Source: Chiloscyllium plagiosum (lineage: Eukaryota). From it: 32,471 bases of DNA. The notes beneath the pieces are model-generated. The model searched no databases, was not told the origin of the DNA, and worked only from the letters and a program-made list of their open reading frames with translations. The translations under genes were made by a program, and so were the position numbers. Shown one piece after another: positions 21,985-32,471 of the stretch. The stretch's first letter is position 1. The number at the start of each line of letters is the position of its first letter. Location of the stretch: positions 9,122,099 to 9,154,569 of the forward strand of contig NC_057719.1 of the NCBI RefSeq assembly GCF_004010195.1, written 5' to 3'.

Positions 21985-22340
21985 ATTGAGTCATACAGCA
22001 TGGAAACAGACCCTTTGATCCAACCAGTCCATGCCAAAAATAATCCCAAACTCAACTTGTTCCACCTGCCTGCTCCTGGCCCATATCCCTCCAACCCTTT
22101 CCTATTCAAGTACCTATCTAAATGTCTTTTAAACATTGTAATTGGATGTGCATCCCTCTCATCTGGAAGTTCATTCTACCCGCCATATAAAAAACTTGCC
22201 TCTTATGTGTTTTTTAAATGACTCTCCTCTCATCTTAAAGATGTATCCCCTAGTCTTGAAATTCTCCACTTCAGGGAAAAGACAACGACTATCAACTTTA
22301 TCTTTACGTCTCATTATTTTATAAACTTCTATCAGGTCAA
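21985..22340 (-). mobile_element. CR1 3' fragment
   Basis: Minus-strand ORF FKRHLDRYLNRKGLEGYGPGAGRWN; tail gagtcatacagcatggaaacag. Confidence 0.9.
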
Positions 22341-22594
22341 CTTAATAAAGATACCAAAATCTTACTCATGCCCAAAGTCAGGCTAATACGTCTTCTGCCT
22401 GCTTCCTTTCTGAAACAGTGGCATTACATTAGCTATTTTCCAATCCTCTGGGACCTTCCCTGACTCCAATGACTCCTGACAATCTGCTCAGCTATCTATC
22501 TCAGAACCATGAAATGTAATCTATTCAGTCTGGGTGGTTTAACCACCTTCAGATCTTTCTGCTTCCCCAGGCCATTCTTCTTATTGATGCGTAA

Positions 22595-23385
22595 AGCAGG
22601 AGAAGAAGAAGTAGACCCTTCTACCCATTGGGTCTACTCCTCCATTCAACGAGATTATGGACAATCTGACAATTCCCAATTCCACTTTCTTGCCTTTTCC
22701 CCATAGCCCTTGATTCTCTTACTGATTAGAAATCTGTCTATCCCAGCCTTAATTATACTAACTTCACTCAACACCCCAGCTTCGATAACCCTCTGTGGTA
22801 AAGAATTCTAAAGATTCACTACGCCAGGGTTGGAGGATTTGAGCTATAGGGAGAGGCTGCATAGGTTTGGGGCTGTTTTCCCTGGAGTGTCAGAGGCTGA
22901 GGGGTGACCTTATAGGGGTTTATAAAATCATGAGGGGCATGGATAGGATAAATAGACGAAGTCTTTTCCTTGGATTGGGGAAGTCCAGAACAAGAGGGCA
23001 TAGTTTTTGAGTGAGAGGGGAAAGATATAAAAGGGACCTAAGAGGAAACTTTTTCATGCAGGGGGTGGTGCTGTGTATATGGAATGAGCTGCCAGAGGAA
23101 GTGGTGGAGGCTGGTACAATTACAACATTTAAAAGGCATTTGGATGGGTATATGAATAGGAAGGGTTTGGAGGGATATGGGCCAAATGCTGGCAAATGGA
23201 ACTAGATTGGGTTGGGATCTCTGGTCGGCATGAACGGGTTGGCCCGAAGGCTCTGTTTCCATGCTGTACATCTCTATGACTCAATGACTAATCTCCGAGA
23301 GAAAAAAACTTCTTTCTCATCTAGGTCTTAAATGTGTGACCTCTTATCTTGATATTCGGCCCTCTGGTCCTAGACTCTCCCATAG
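22595..23385 (-). mobile_element. Older CR1 3' fragment split by a plus-strand CR1
   Basis: ccctctgtggtaaagaattctaaagattcacta continues as atctccgagagaaaaaaacttctttctcatc on the other side of the insert. Confidence 0.7.
22822..23290 (+). mobile_element. Younger CR1 3' end
   Basis: ORF RGERYKRDLRGNFFMQGVV.CIWNELPEEVVEAGTITTFKRHLDGYMNRKGLEGYGPNAGKW; (TCTATGAC)-type tail. Confidence 0.93.
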
Positions 23386-23399
23386 GTGAGGGAACAAAA

Positions 23400-23880
23400 A
23401 AGTTACATAAAAGTGAACCAATGGATTGAATATATCTGGACTTCCAGAAGGCATTTGATACATTTTAGGCTACTTAATATGATAAGAGCCCATAGAATTG
23501 GAGGTAAGATATTAGTATGGGTTGAGGATTGTCGAGTTTTAGAAAACCTTGCTACTTTTATATTCCATTCCCATTGAAATAAAGGCCAACATTCCATTTG
23601 CCTTTCCTATTAAACACTAAACCAGAATGCTAGCTTTTGTAATTCATTGAATGAGAACTCCCTCTGTTTTGTGGCTTTCTGCAGTCTTTTCCACTTCAAA
23701 AACGTTCAGCTCTTCTACTCTTCCCACCGAAGTGCATACCCTAGATATAGTTCTTAGGGCTCAAAGGGTATGGGGAGAAATTGGGACTGAGTTAAATGGT
23801 CAGCCATAATCATGTTAAATTGCAAAGCACGATCAAATGGCCGAATGGCCTACTCCTGTCTTATGTTCAATATTTCTATG
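23400..23880. mobile_element. Several short CR1 fragments (+ RT piece, - piece, + 3' end)
   Basis: atatatctggacttccagaaggcatttgat (IYLDFQKAFD) at ~23430-23460; ggccgaatggcctactcctg 3'UTR at ~23840. Confidence 0.7.
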
Positions 23881-24014
23881 AAGTTATGCAATGGATATTA
23901 GGTCAGACCAAAACCTGGTCAAATAGTTGATTTTAAAAAGAGTCTAAGGACAGTGTTCATGAATTTGAGACACTTGCTGAGGGAATTCAAGAACTTAGAG
24001 TCCAGACAGCTAAT

Positions 24015-24277
24015 GGCTGTGTGGAGTTTGCACATTCTCCCCATGACTGTGTGAGGTTCCTCCAGGTACTTCGTTTTTTTCCCACAGTCCAAAGATGTGC
24101 AGGTTTAGGTAGATTGGCCATGCTAAATTGCCCCTAGTGTCCAGGGATGTACAGGCTTGGTGGGTAAGCCAAGGGGAATGTGGGGTTACATGGATAGGCT
24201 GGGGAGGGGTTGGGTTTGGGTGGGATGGTTAGTGTGGACTCGGGCCGAATGGCCTGTTTCCGCTGTAGGGATTCTAG
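24015..24277 (+). mobile_element. 5'-truncated HE1-type SINE
   Basis: ctgtgtggagtttgcacattctcccc...cccacagtccaaagatgtgcagg...ggccatgctaaattgccc...ctgtagggattct. Confidence 0.88.
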
Positions 24278-24804
24278 GGAGGGAAGGGCAAAGCCACGGA
24301 ATAGTGAACAAGGATACAAATATTAAAATCAAACATTAGTGAGCCAAGGGGTGATGTTTGAGCAAAACCTGGTGTCGATTAGGAAACTCATTCTAGACAG
24401 AACTGAGGTTTAAAGGTTTTAAGGTGGGAGGTTAGCCAGGAGAACACTGCAATTGTTAGGTATGAAGACAACAAAGTCCAGGATGGTTTCTCACTTTGCA
24501 AGAAAGAACCAAAGTAGAAAATGTCAAGAAAAAAGCAAACTGAATGAAACAATGAGATGGCTGAAGGATACAGATTAAAGCAGTATGTTTATTGAAATTG
24601 AGGTAACAAGGTACAAATATGAGGCAGGTGAAGAGGGAGAACAGATGGAGTTGTCTGGCTGGTTATGTGAATCCCTAGGTCAAGTGAGAGAGGAGATGGT
24701 AGGAGAAATGGAGTTGATAGATGGGTCTGGAATTCTGGTGCACGATGCCTTCCTGATGATAATGACAAAATGAAACGGGTTGATTTAATATAGTATCCTT
24801 TATT

Positions 24805-25490
24805 CCACACACACACCACCCTCTGTGTGAAAACAATGCTCCTTAGGGCCCTTTCAAATCTTTCCCCTCTCACCTTAAACTTATGCCCTCTAGTTTTGGA
24901 CTCCCTGCCCCAGGAAAAAGACCTGTTTCTCGCCTCAGGCAACTGACTGTGTGGAGTTTTCACATTCTCCTCATGTCTGTGTGGGTTTCCTCCGGGTGCT
25001 CTGGTTTCCTCCCACAGTCCAAAGATGTGCAGGTCAGGTGAATTGGCCATGCTAAATTGCCCGTACTGTTAGGTGAAGGGGTAAATATAGGGGAATGGGT
25101 GGGTTGCCCTTCAGCAGGTCGGTGTGGACTTGTTGGGCCGAAGGGCCTGTTTCCACACTGTAAGTAATCTAATCTAATCTAAACCTTGTCTATTTACCCT
25201 ATCCATGCCCTTCATAATCTTCTCAATGTCTGTAAGGTCAGCTCTCAGCCTCCAACACTCCAGGGAAAACAGGCCCAGTCTATTCAACCTCTCCCTATAG
25301 CTCAAACCCTCCAACTCTGCAACGTTCTTGTAAATGTTTTCTGAACCCTTTCAAGTTTCACAACATCTTTCCTATAACAGGGAGACCAGAACTGAACGCA
25401 GTATTCCAAAAGTGATCTAACCAATGTCCTGTTATGCTGTATCAGGGCCTCCCAGCTTCTATGACCAATAAAGGCAAGCATACCAATGGG
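24805..25490 (-). mobile_element. CR1 fragment with inserted SINE
   Basis: Minus-strand ORFs LVRSLLEYCVQFWSPCYRKDVVKLERVQKTFTR and ESKTRGHKFKVRGERF...FTQRVVCVWN. Confidence 0.9.
24925..25180 (+). mobile_element. 5'-truncated HE1-type SINE nested in CR1
   Basis: HE1 core and (AATCT)n tail; the host resumes at aaaccttgtctatttaccc. Confidence 0.9.
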
Positions 25491-25704
25491 TGACTTTCGC
25501 AATTTATGATTGGCTCCGAAGTTTCTGGACTGGATACATTCACATGGAATGCAGAGTTAACACTTGCTATTGTACATAATTTACACAAAACTCAAAATTG
25601 ATGTCTTCCAGTTCAAAGTTTGATAAAGAAAACAGATTTCCTTTATCTTAAGTGGATATGAACAGACTTCCCACCTCCCTCCCAATGTCTTTCCTATCGT
25701 TCAG

Positions 25705-25767
25705 CAATGGGTTGTACCATTAAGTCATTCTGGGTGGACAACAGCAGTTGACCGTGCAACTGCGGCC
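25705..25767 (+). other. Candidate 63-nt exon
   Basis: Long pyrimidine tract ...ctttcctatcgttcag|C and donor GCC|GTAAGC; open in phase 0: QWVVPLSHSGWTTAVDRATAA. Confidence 0.25.
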
Positions 25768-25856
25768 GTAAGCAGATAGCGAGATTTGTTATCCCGTGAA
25801 CCGGACCATAAACTGATCAGTCTCAACCAGGACAGTCTGGAAAACACACTCACTCC

Positions 25857-26035
25857 AGAATCAAAAAGAGAAGTTGCTGGAAAAGGGAAATCAGAGTTAA
25901 CGTCTCGGGTCGAGTGACCCTTCATCAGACCTGAGACCTTCACTCTGATTTTTCTGCACAGATGCTGCCAGACCTGCTGAGCTTTTCCAGCAACTTGTTT
26001 TTGTTTCTGATTGGCAGCATTCACAGTTTTTTTTT
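25857..26035. mobile_element. Penelope-like palindromic fragment (family 2)
   Basis: Arms aagttgctggaaaag / cttttccagcaactt; minus-strand CTGATGA-A-GGGTC-ACTC-GACCC-GAGA-CGTT core at 25899-25928. Confidence 0.8.
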
Positions 26036-26659
26036 CCCAGTTTTTACCCACTATGGAATGCCGGGACAGAACAAGGTAGTACTATCTGTGCCTTTTAAAA
26101 CTGAGTGCTGTATCGTTTAAAAGTCTCCCACTCTGATTCCTATTCTAAGTACTGCTGTAATGAAACTTGACCACCTGAAACGTCACAAGCTGCTGAACGT
26201 TCATCTTTTTAAGGGGATCCGACGATAGTTCTGATATATGACTCCACTATTTGTAAACTATCCAGTTTTCAGAGTGAAAACTATGCCTCCGATGGGTCTG
26301 TATTGTCCGTGTTTCTGACAATATCCCAAACACATGAATTATTAATTATTCTCGTGTTTACAACTCAGCAAAGCGTTCTATTCTCTTGAACTGTCTCTTT
26401 CTCATGTGTGAGTGTTGTAGCATTTAAATCTTTGGAGAGAATGCGCAAATAAATCATCTTCTTCACTTAAACCCACAGATTCTTGCTTGCTTTAGTTTAA
26501 GTTAATTGTGCACACTCAGGGTGTTCAGAAATGTGCACACCTTCCTTTCCAAAAACAAAACACACTGTATATGGAGACTCAAGGGAAAAGATACAACCGT
26601 TTTAATTCCTGTCTACAGAAATAGGAAATATTATTGTAGCAAATCGGCAATTAATTTAT

Positions 26660-26813
26660 AGTACCACCTGCAAGATCCTCTTCATGTCACACATCATCCT
26701 GACTAGGAACCATATTGTCTTTCCTTCAGTTTTGCTGAGTAATCCTAGAACTCTCTCTCCCAACAACACTGTGGATGTAGCTATAACCCTTGATGTAGGA
26801 AGGTGGCTCACCA
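26660..26813 (+). mobile_element. Degenerate non-LTR retrotransposon 3' fragment
   Basis: ccacctgcaag...catcatcctgactaggaa...aatcctagaactctct (WNSLP-like)...aaggtggctcacca. Confidence 0.5.
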
Positions 26814-26814
26814 A

Positions 26815-27338
26815 ACATAGAAATATAGAAAACAGGAAGAGGAATAGGCCATTCAGCCCTTCAAGCCTACTCCACCATTCAGTATGATCATGGTTGATCA
26901 TCCATTTCAGTACCCTGTTCCCAATTTCTCCCCATGCCCCTTGATCCTTTTTGCCCTAAGAACTATATCTAGCCCCTTTTTGAAAACATTCAATGTTTTG
27001 GCCTCAACTGCTTTCTGTGGCAGAGAATGTCACAGGCTCACCACTCTCTGGGTGAAGAAACATCTCCTCATCTCATTTCTAAATGGCCTACCCCATATTC
27101 TTCGACTCTGGCCCTGATTCTGGATTCGCTAGTCATCAGGAATATCCTCCCTGCATTTGCCATATCTCGTCCTGTTGGAATTTTATAGGCTTCTATGAGA
27201 TCCCCCATTCATTCTTCCAACACCAATGGATATAGTCTTAACTGATCCAATCTCTCTTCAGATATTTGTCCTGTCATCCTGGACTCAGCCTGGTAACACT
27301 TTTTTTTAACACTCCCTCCAAAACCAAAGCATCCTTCA
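26815..27338 (-). mobile_element. CR1 3' fragment
   Basis: Tail aacatagaaatatagaaa; minus-strand pieces EERLDQLRLYPL and FFTQRVVSL. Confidence 0.9.
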
Positions 27339-27777
27339 CCTTGCTCTTGTTCTCCATATGGTGCCACCATCCAGAGCAAAGCCAACCCCGATGACCTCGC
27401 AATCAGATGCTGTGGTGCTAATCTAGAAGCCTCCCAGGGCACAAAGTCACAAATATTGATGAGGAGAAGACTCACTAGAACATATGGAAGGTCCTCTGTG
27501 TAAAATGAAGAACTGCAATGTTATATCTTCACAGACTTGTTCCAGCACTGAAGGATGCCATTTGGCATAACATGGCCTGTACTGGCTCTCTGATTGAGCA
27601 CTTTACACAGCGCCATTCTCCCACCTTCTCCCTGTAACTGTCCACATTGCTCAAAGATGTAGGAACATAGAAGCAAGAGTAGGCCATTCAGCCTCTTGAG
27701 CCAATTCCACCATTCAATGAGATCAGGGCTGATCTGTGGTATGGTTCCATTTACCTACCTTGGGCCGATATCTCTTC

Positions 27778-28063
27778 CTAGATTAGATTAGATTCCCTAC
27801 AGTGTGGGAACAGGCCATTTGGTCCAACCAGTCCACATCAACCCTCCATAGAGTAACCCACCCAGACCCATTCCCCTACATTTACCCCTGACTAATGGAG
27901 CTCACACTATGGGCAATTTAGCATGGCCAATTCACCTAATCCGCACATCTTTGAACTGTGGGAGGAAACTCATGCAGGCATGTGGAGAATGTGCAAACTC
28001 CACACAGCGCCTGGGTCCCTGGCACTGTGAGGCAGCAGTGCTAACCACTGAGCCACTGTGCCG
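27778..28063 (-). mobile_element. HE1-type SINE
   Basis: (AGATT)n tail; reverse-complement head cggcacagtggctcagtggttagcactgctgcctcacagtgccagggaccc. Confidence 0.92.
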
Positions 28064-28216
28064 ATTACTTTTACTTTTAAGACTTAATACTTTTGCTGAA
28101 CAAAAAAAACTATCTCAGATTTAAAATTAACAACTGAGCCAGTATCCACTGTTATTTGTGGAAGAGTTTCAAACCTTTACCATCCTTTGGGTGTAGACAT
28201 GCTTCCTATCACTATG

Positions 28217-28490
28217 TGGGTGGCACGGTGGCTCAGTGGTTAGCATTGCTGCCTTACAGTGTCAGGGACCTGGGTTCAATTCTGCCCTTAGATGATGTCT
28301 GTGTGGAGTTTTCATGTTCTTCTGTGCCTGTGTGGGTTTCCCCCCGCCACCCACAATCCAAAGTTGTATAAGTTAGGTGGACTGGCCATGCTAAATTGCC
28401 CCTGGTGCCCAGGGGTGTGCAAGCTTGGTGGGTTAGCCAAGGGAAATGCGGTCATGTGGGCTGAATGTTTTCACAGTGTAGGGATTCTGT
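28217..28490 (+). mobile_element. HE1-type SINE
   Basis: gggtggcacggtggctcagtggttagcattgctgcc, B-box gggttcaattc, tail cagtgtagggattct. Confidence 0.9.
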
Positions 28491-30203
28491 GAACAATCTG
28501 GCCCTGATTCTCAGACTGTGCCCCTAGTTCTACAATTCGCCAACCAGTGGAAATAGCTTATTGTTATCCACCCTGTCTTTTTCAGTTACTATCTTGAAAA
28601 CTTCAATCAGATTATCCCTTAATCTTGTAAATTCTACAGAAAACAGGCCTATTCTCCCTTTATAACAACTCCTGAAGTCCAGTTATCATTCTTGTCAACT
28701 TACTTTCTACTGCCCACCAGGCCAGGGGAGAGGTGGATGAGTGGCCCTCTAATAACTCAAAGCCCTGTCACAGCAGTGAAGTATTAGTCACAACAGTAGA
28801 ATTGAATCATCTCAACTCTGCAAAGAAAATTGCACCTGACATCTGAATCAAAAACACGCAAGGAAATATTATAAAGCCCTCAGAATAGATGTAACCCCTC
28901 TGCTCTGTGTGGTTGCCTGGGTACTTTGAGTTGCATTTCAAATGATTTGGCTTCTCTTTATAGTTGGCGATGAGTCTCACAAGGGAAGACTGAAATCAAT
29001 GTTCACACACCAAAGAAGTCTTAACTCACTTAATCCTTCACAGATCTGCTGACTCTTTTTCTCTCACTGATTTAACAATTTGGAATGAAGATTAAAATAA
29101 TATCCTGTCAGATTTGCAGTCAATGCCTAATTCCCAATTGTGTGCCCATATTCCTAAAAGATCTTACATGTGAAGAAGTTGAGACATTTATCCCTGATGT
29201 TCATCCAAACATGCGGTTCCAAGAATGGCATATCATTTGCTGCAGAGAAACAGGCCATTCGCACCATCTGGTCCATGCTACATACTCTATCTAAACCTCC
29301 TCCCATTCGTAATCCATCCAAACAGCTACAGCATGGTCTTCGAAGCTTGGTTTCTCAGACTGTGATGGGCTGGATTTTCTGAGTCAAGTTGTCAGGCATT
29401 GGGAATACCCTTGAGCTGAGAAAAACAGTCCCAGTTCCCATTAGATAATTACAGGTTGTTAAAGCACAGGAGGCCTTTCAGCCCATCATGTGCCAGATCA
29501 TTGATCTTCACTGTCTAGATTTAACCCCTACTCTATAAATGTAACTCTCTTTAACTACATCAGCAACAGTCTTTAAACCTTCTGCTTTGAACATCTTTTC
29601 AGGTAATATGTTTCAGATCTTTTCAACACTTTGTGTGAAAATTTTCCTCATTAATATCAAGTTCTTCCATTAATTATTTTAAATCTGTACCATCTGGTTA
29701 TTATCCATGTGCTTAATGTAGCAATAAGCTTACTGTAGGTCTACTTGGTGTCACCTTATCCTGTCCAGCTGTGTTAATTCCTGCTTCTGCATTCCACGTG
29801 CATGTGTGCGTGTGTGTCTGTGATTTTTCTGTGCTTGTAAGACCATAAGACATAGGAGCGGAAGTAAGGCCATTCGGCCCATCAAGTCCACTCCACCATT
29901 CAATCATGGCTGATGGGCATTTCAACTCCACTTACCCGCATTCTCCCCGTAGCCCTTAATTCCTTGTGACATCAAGAATTTATCAATTTCTGCCTTGAAG
30001 ACATTTAGCGTCCCAGCCTCCACTGCACTCTGTGGCAATGAATTCCACAGGCCCACCACTCTCTGGCTGAAGAAATCTCTCCGCATTTCTGTTCTGAATT
30101 TACCCCCTCTAATTCTAAGGCTGTGTCCATGGGTCCTAGTCTCCTCGCCTAACGGAAATAATTTCCTAGCATCCACCCTCTCCAAGCCATGTATTATCTT
30201 GTA

Positions 30204-30318
30204 CAAAGTTAAAAAACACACAACACCAGGTTATAGTCCAACAGGTTTAATTGGAAGCACACTAGCTTTCGGAGCGACGCTCCTTCATCAGGTGATTGTG
30301 GAGGGCTCGATCGAATCA
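30204..30318 (-). mobile_element. 115-bp Penelope-like terminal insertion (family 3) with 12-bp TSD
   Basis: TSD TATTATCTTGTA at 30192-30203 and 30319-30330, which duplicates the CR1 codons YKII. Confidence 0.88.
30260..30294 (-). ncRNA. Minimal type-I hammerhead-ribozyme-like motif
   Basis: Minus strand reads CAC-CUGAUGA-A-GGAGC-GUC-GCUCC-GAAA-GCUA-GUG: core boxes, 5-bp helix II, palindromic AGCU helix III, CUA cleavage triplet, CAC/GUG helix I. Confidence 0.7.
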
Positions 30319-30529
30319 TATTATCTTGTAAGTTTCTATTAGATCTCCCCTTAATCTTCTAAACTCCAATGAATACAATCCCAGGATCCTCAGCCGTTCC
30401 TCATATGTTAGACCTACCATTCCAGGGATCATCCGTGTGAATCTCCGCTGGACACGTTCCAGTGCCGTATATGCCTCCTGAGGTGTGGGGACCAAAACTG
30501 GACACAGTACTCCAAATGGGGCCAAACCA

Positions 30530-32471
30530 TGTCGGTTTATATGCAGAAGGTAGGGTTGGAAAGGGGATAAGGAGTAAACAATAGGTGGGGAAATGGACAA
30601 AAGAGGCAGTTGTTCTGACAATGGAGTAGATAATAATCTGGCTAGGAGGGTGAATAACTGTTAATGGAGACTGGTAGTGGCTAACAATAGGTACTGTGCA
30701 ATGGCAAACCATGTGATAACAAGGCCTGGCGTGTGGGATAGGGGGTTAGGACATGGGAGAGGTCATGCCCTAAAATTATTGAACTTGATATTGAGTCCGG
30801 AGGGCGTCAGGGTCCCCAAGTGCAAAATGAGGTGCTGTTCTTCCAGCTTGCACTGAGCTTCACTGGAACACAGAAGCAAGCCTGAGACAGAGATGTTGGC
30901 CAGGGAACAGGGTGGTGTGTTAAAGTGGCAGGCATCTAGATGTTCAAGGTCTTTCTTTTGTGGGCAGAACAAATGTTCTGCAAAGTAGTCACCAGTCTAT
31001 GCGTCGTTTCCCCGATGTAGAGAAGCTACATTGTGAGCAGTGAATGCACTAAATGAGATTGTAACATTCTTGATGAAGGGCTTATGCCTGAAACATTGAC
31101 TCTCCTGCTCCTCAGATGCTGCCTGACCTGCTGTGTTTTTCCAGCACCACATTTTTTGACTCTAGATTGTGATAAGTGCAAGTAAAATGCTGCTTCACCT
31201 GAAAGGTCTGTTTGGGCCCTTGGATGCAGAGGAGGGAGGAGGTAAATGGGCAGGTATTACACCTTCAGCAGCTGTAGTGAAGGAAGGCTGGACCAGGGTG
31301 TCCTAGAGAGAACAGTCCCTGTGGAAGGCGGACAAAGGAGAGGAGTGGAAAGTGTACCTGGTGGTGGCATCTCGCTGGAGAGAGTGGAAATGGCAGCTAA
31401 CAGTCTTCTGGAAGTGGATGCTGGTAGATTGATAGGTAAGAACAAGGGAGACCTATTGCTGTTGCAGGAGGGAAGAGAGGCGCGAGGGCGAAAGTGGGAG
31501 AGATAAATCAGAATGGGTTTAGGGCCCTGTCGACACCAGTGTTGGGGAATCCTTGGCTGAGGAAGAAGGTGGACATTTCTAGAAGTTGGCCTCATCGGAA
31601 CATTTGCAAACGAGAAGGAGGAACTGGGAGAATGGAATGGATTCTTTGCAGGAAACAAGATGCAAGAATGTATAGTCCAGATGGCTGTGGGAATTGGTGG
31701 GTTTATGGTGGATATTAATGACCAGTCTATCCTCAGAAATGGAAACAGAGATGTTGAAGAAGGGAAGTGAGGGGTCAGAGATAGACCAGGTGAAAGCGAG
31801 GATGGGCGGAAATTGGAAGCAAAATCCATTTTAACTTTGCCAATTCCGGACGAGAGAGGGAAGCAGTACTGATCATATCATCCATATATTGGAGAAAGAG
31901 TTGTGTGTGGGGGCTGGGATAGGACTGGGACAAGGAATGTACCACTTACCCCACAAAGAGTCAGGCATAACGGGGCTCATGTGGTTACCCATGACAACCC
32001 CATGACCTGAAGAAAATTAGATGAGTTAAAAAAGATGTTGAGGGATCGGCCAAGCAGTGGAGGGTGGTGGTGGGTGGGGATGGTTCAGGCCTTTGCTCTC
32101 AGAAGAAACGGTGAGCCCTGAGACCATCCTGGTGGGGGTTGAACGTGTAGAGATATTGCACGCACTTGGTAAAGAGGAGGCGGCTGGAGCCTGCAAATTA
32201 GAAATCCTGAAACTGGCGTAAAGCGTTAGAGGAATCATGGATGCACGTGGGCAGGGGTTGGACTGGGGAGAAAAGACTGAGTCAAGGTAGGAAGAGAGAA
32301 GTTGAGTGGGGCAGATGCAGGCTGAAATAATGGGTCTGCTCAAGCAGTCCTGTTTGTGGAGTTTCAGAAGCGAGCTGTCGGGGGTTGGGGGTCAACAGCT
32401 TGGAGACAGTTGCAGGGAATGAGGTCAGTGACCATAGTTGATACAATGGCCTGATGTGCCATGGTGGGGTT
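30530..32471 (-). mobile_element. Decayed Penelope-like retroelement (RT + GIY-YIG endonuclease), running off the window end
   Basis: Frameshifted motifs RPIISACICPTQLLSSYLD, GVVMGNHMSP, LFLQYMDD (~31878-31900), HKPTNSHSHLDY...SIPFSQFL, LLYIGET (~31003-31026), HFN...KLEEQHLILHLGTLTPSGLN. Confidence 0.92.
31063..31163 (+). mobile_element. Penelope-like terminal fragment (family 1) inserted into the PLE endonuclease region, 7-bp TSD
   Basis: ttgatgaagggcttatgcctgaaacattgac...ccagcaccac, flanked by AGATTGT at 31056-31062 and 31164-31170. Confidence 0.8.

Larger units (their letters stand above)
27658..28720 (-). mobile_element. Old CR1 3' fragment split by two HE1 SINEs
   Basis: Pieces ~27658-27775, 28080-28212 and 28490-28720 are collinear with CR1 3'UTR/ORF2-end motifs. 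Confidence 0.7.
29838..30527 (-). mobile_element. Young CR1 3' fragment with nearly intact reading frame, interrupted at 30204-30318
   Basis: ALERVQRRFTRMIPGM...RRLRGDLIETYKII joins HGLERVDARKLFP...FFSQRVVGLWNSLPQ...GYGENAGKWS*. Confidence 0.95.

Noticed and set aside
24201..24224. Canonical G-quadruplex motif
   Set aside because: It lies within the G-rich variable region of an HE1 SINE copy, with no evidence of specific function.
31257..31829. 190-aa ORF and overlapping plus-strand ORFs
   Set aside because: These are off-frame or antisense reads of the decayed Penelope-like element.
1..32471. Prokaryotic-style novel system (operon, defence island, retron)
   Set aside because: There are no long intact ORFs or operon structure. 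All RT-like sequence belongs to eukaryotic retrotransposons.

Overview
This is eukaryotic, repeat-dense intronic or intergenic DNA, almost certainly from a cartilaginous fish (shark), inferred from HE1/V-SINE-type SINEs, CR1-clade LINE tails and shark-type Penelope-like elements (PLEs). I cannot identify any intact protein-coding gene. The three ~580-aa ORFs at the start are artefacts of a 28-bp minisatellite, and most other ORFs are decayed retroelement fragments. The window holds more than 20 CR1 fragments, 8 HE1-type SINEs, other tRNA-derived SINEs, L2 and Rex1/Babar remnants, a solo LTR, and a decayed PLE (RT + GIY-YIG) that runs off the right end. The most interesting signals are: (1) short PLE-terminus insertions from three sequence families, several with 7-13 bp target-site duplications, carrying hammerhead-ribozyme-like cores, one of them with all core nucleotides intact (30260-30294, minus strand); (2) a perfect 35-bp-arm hairpin (19017-19115) next to a DR1/DR4/DR5 nuclear-receptor half-site cluster; (3) three speculative, phase-compatible plus-strand exon candidates; and (4) several nested insertions and a local inverted duplication. 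Repeat boundaries are approximate (about +/-20 bp) and family names come from motif recognition, not database searches.
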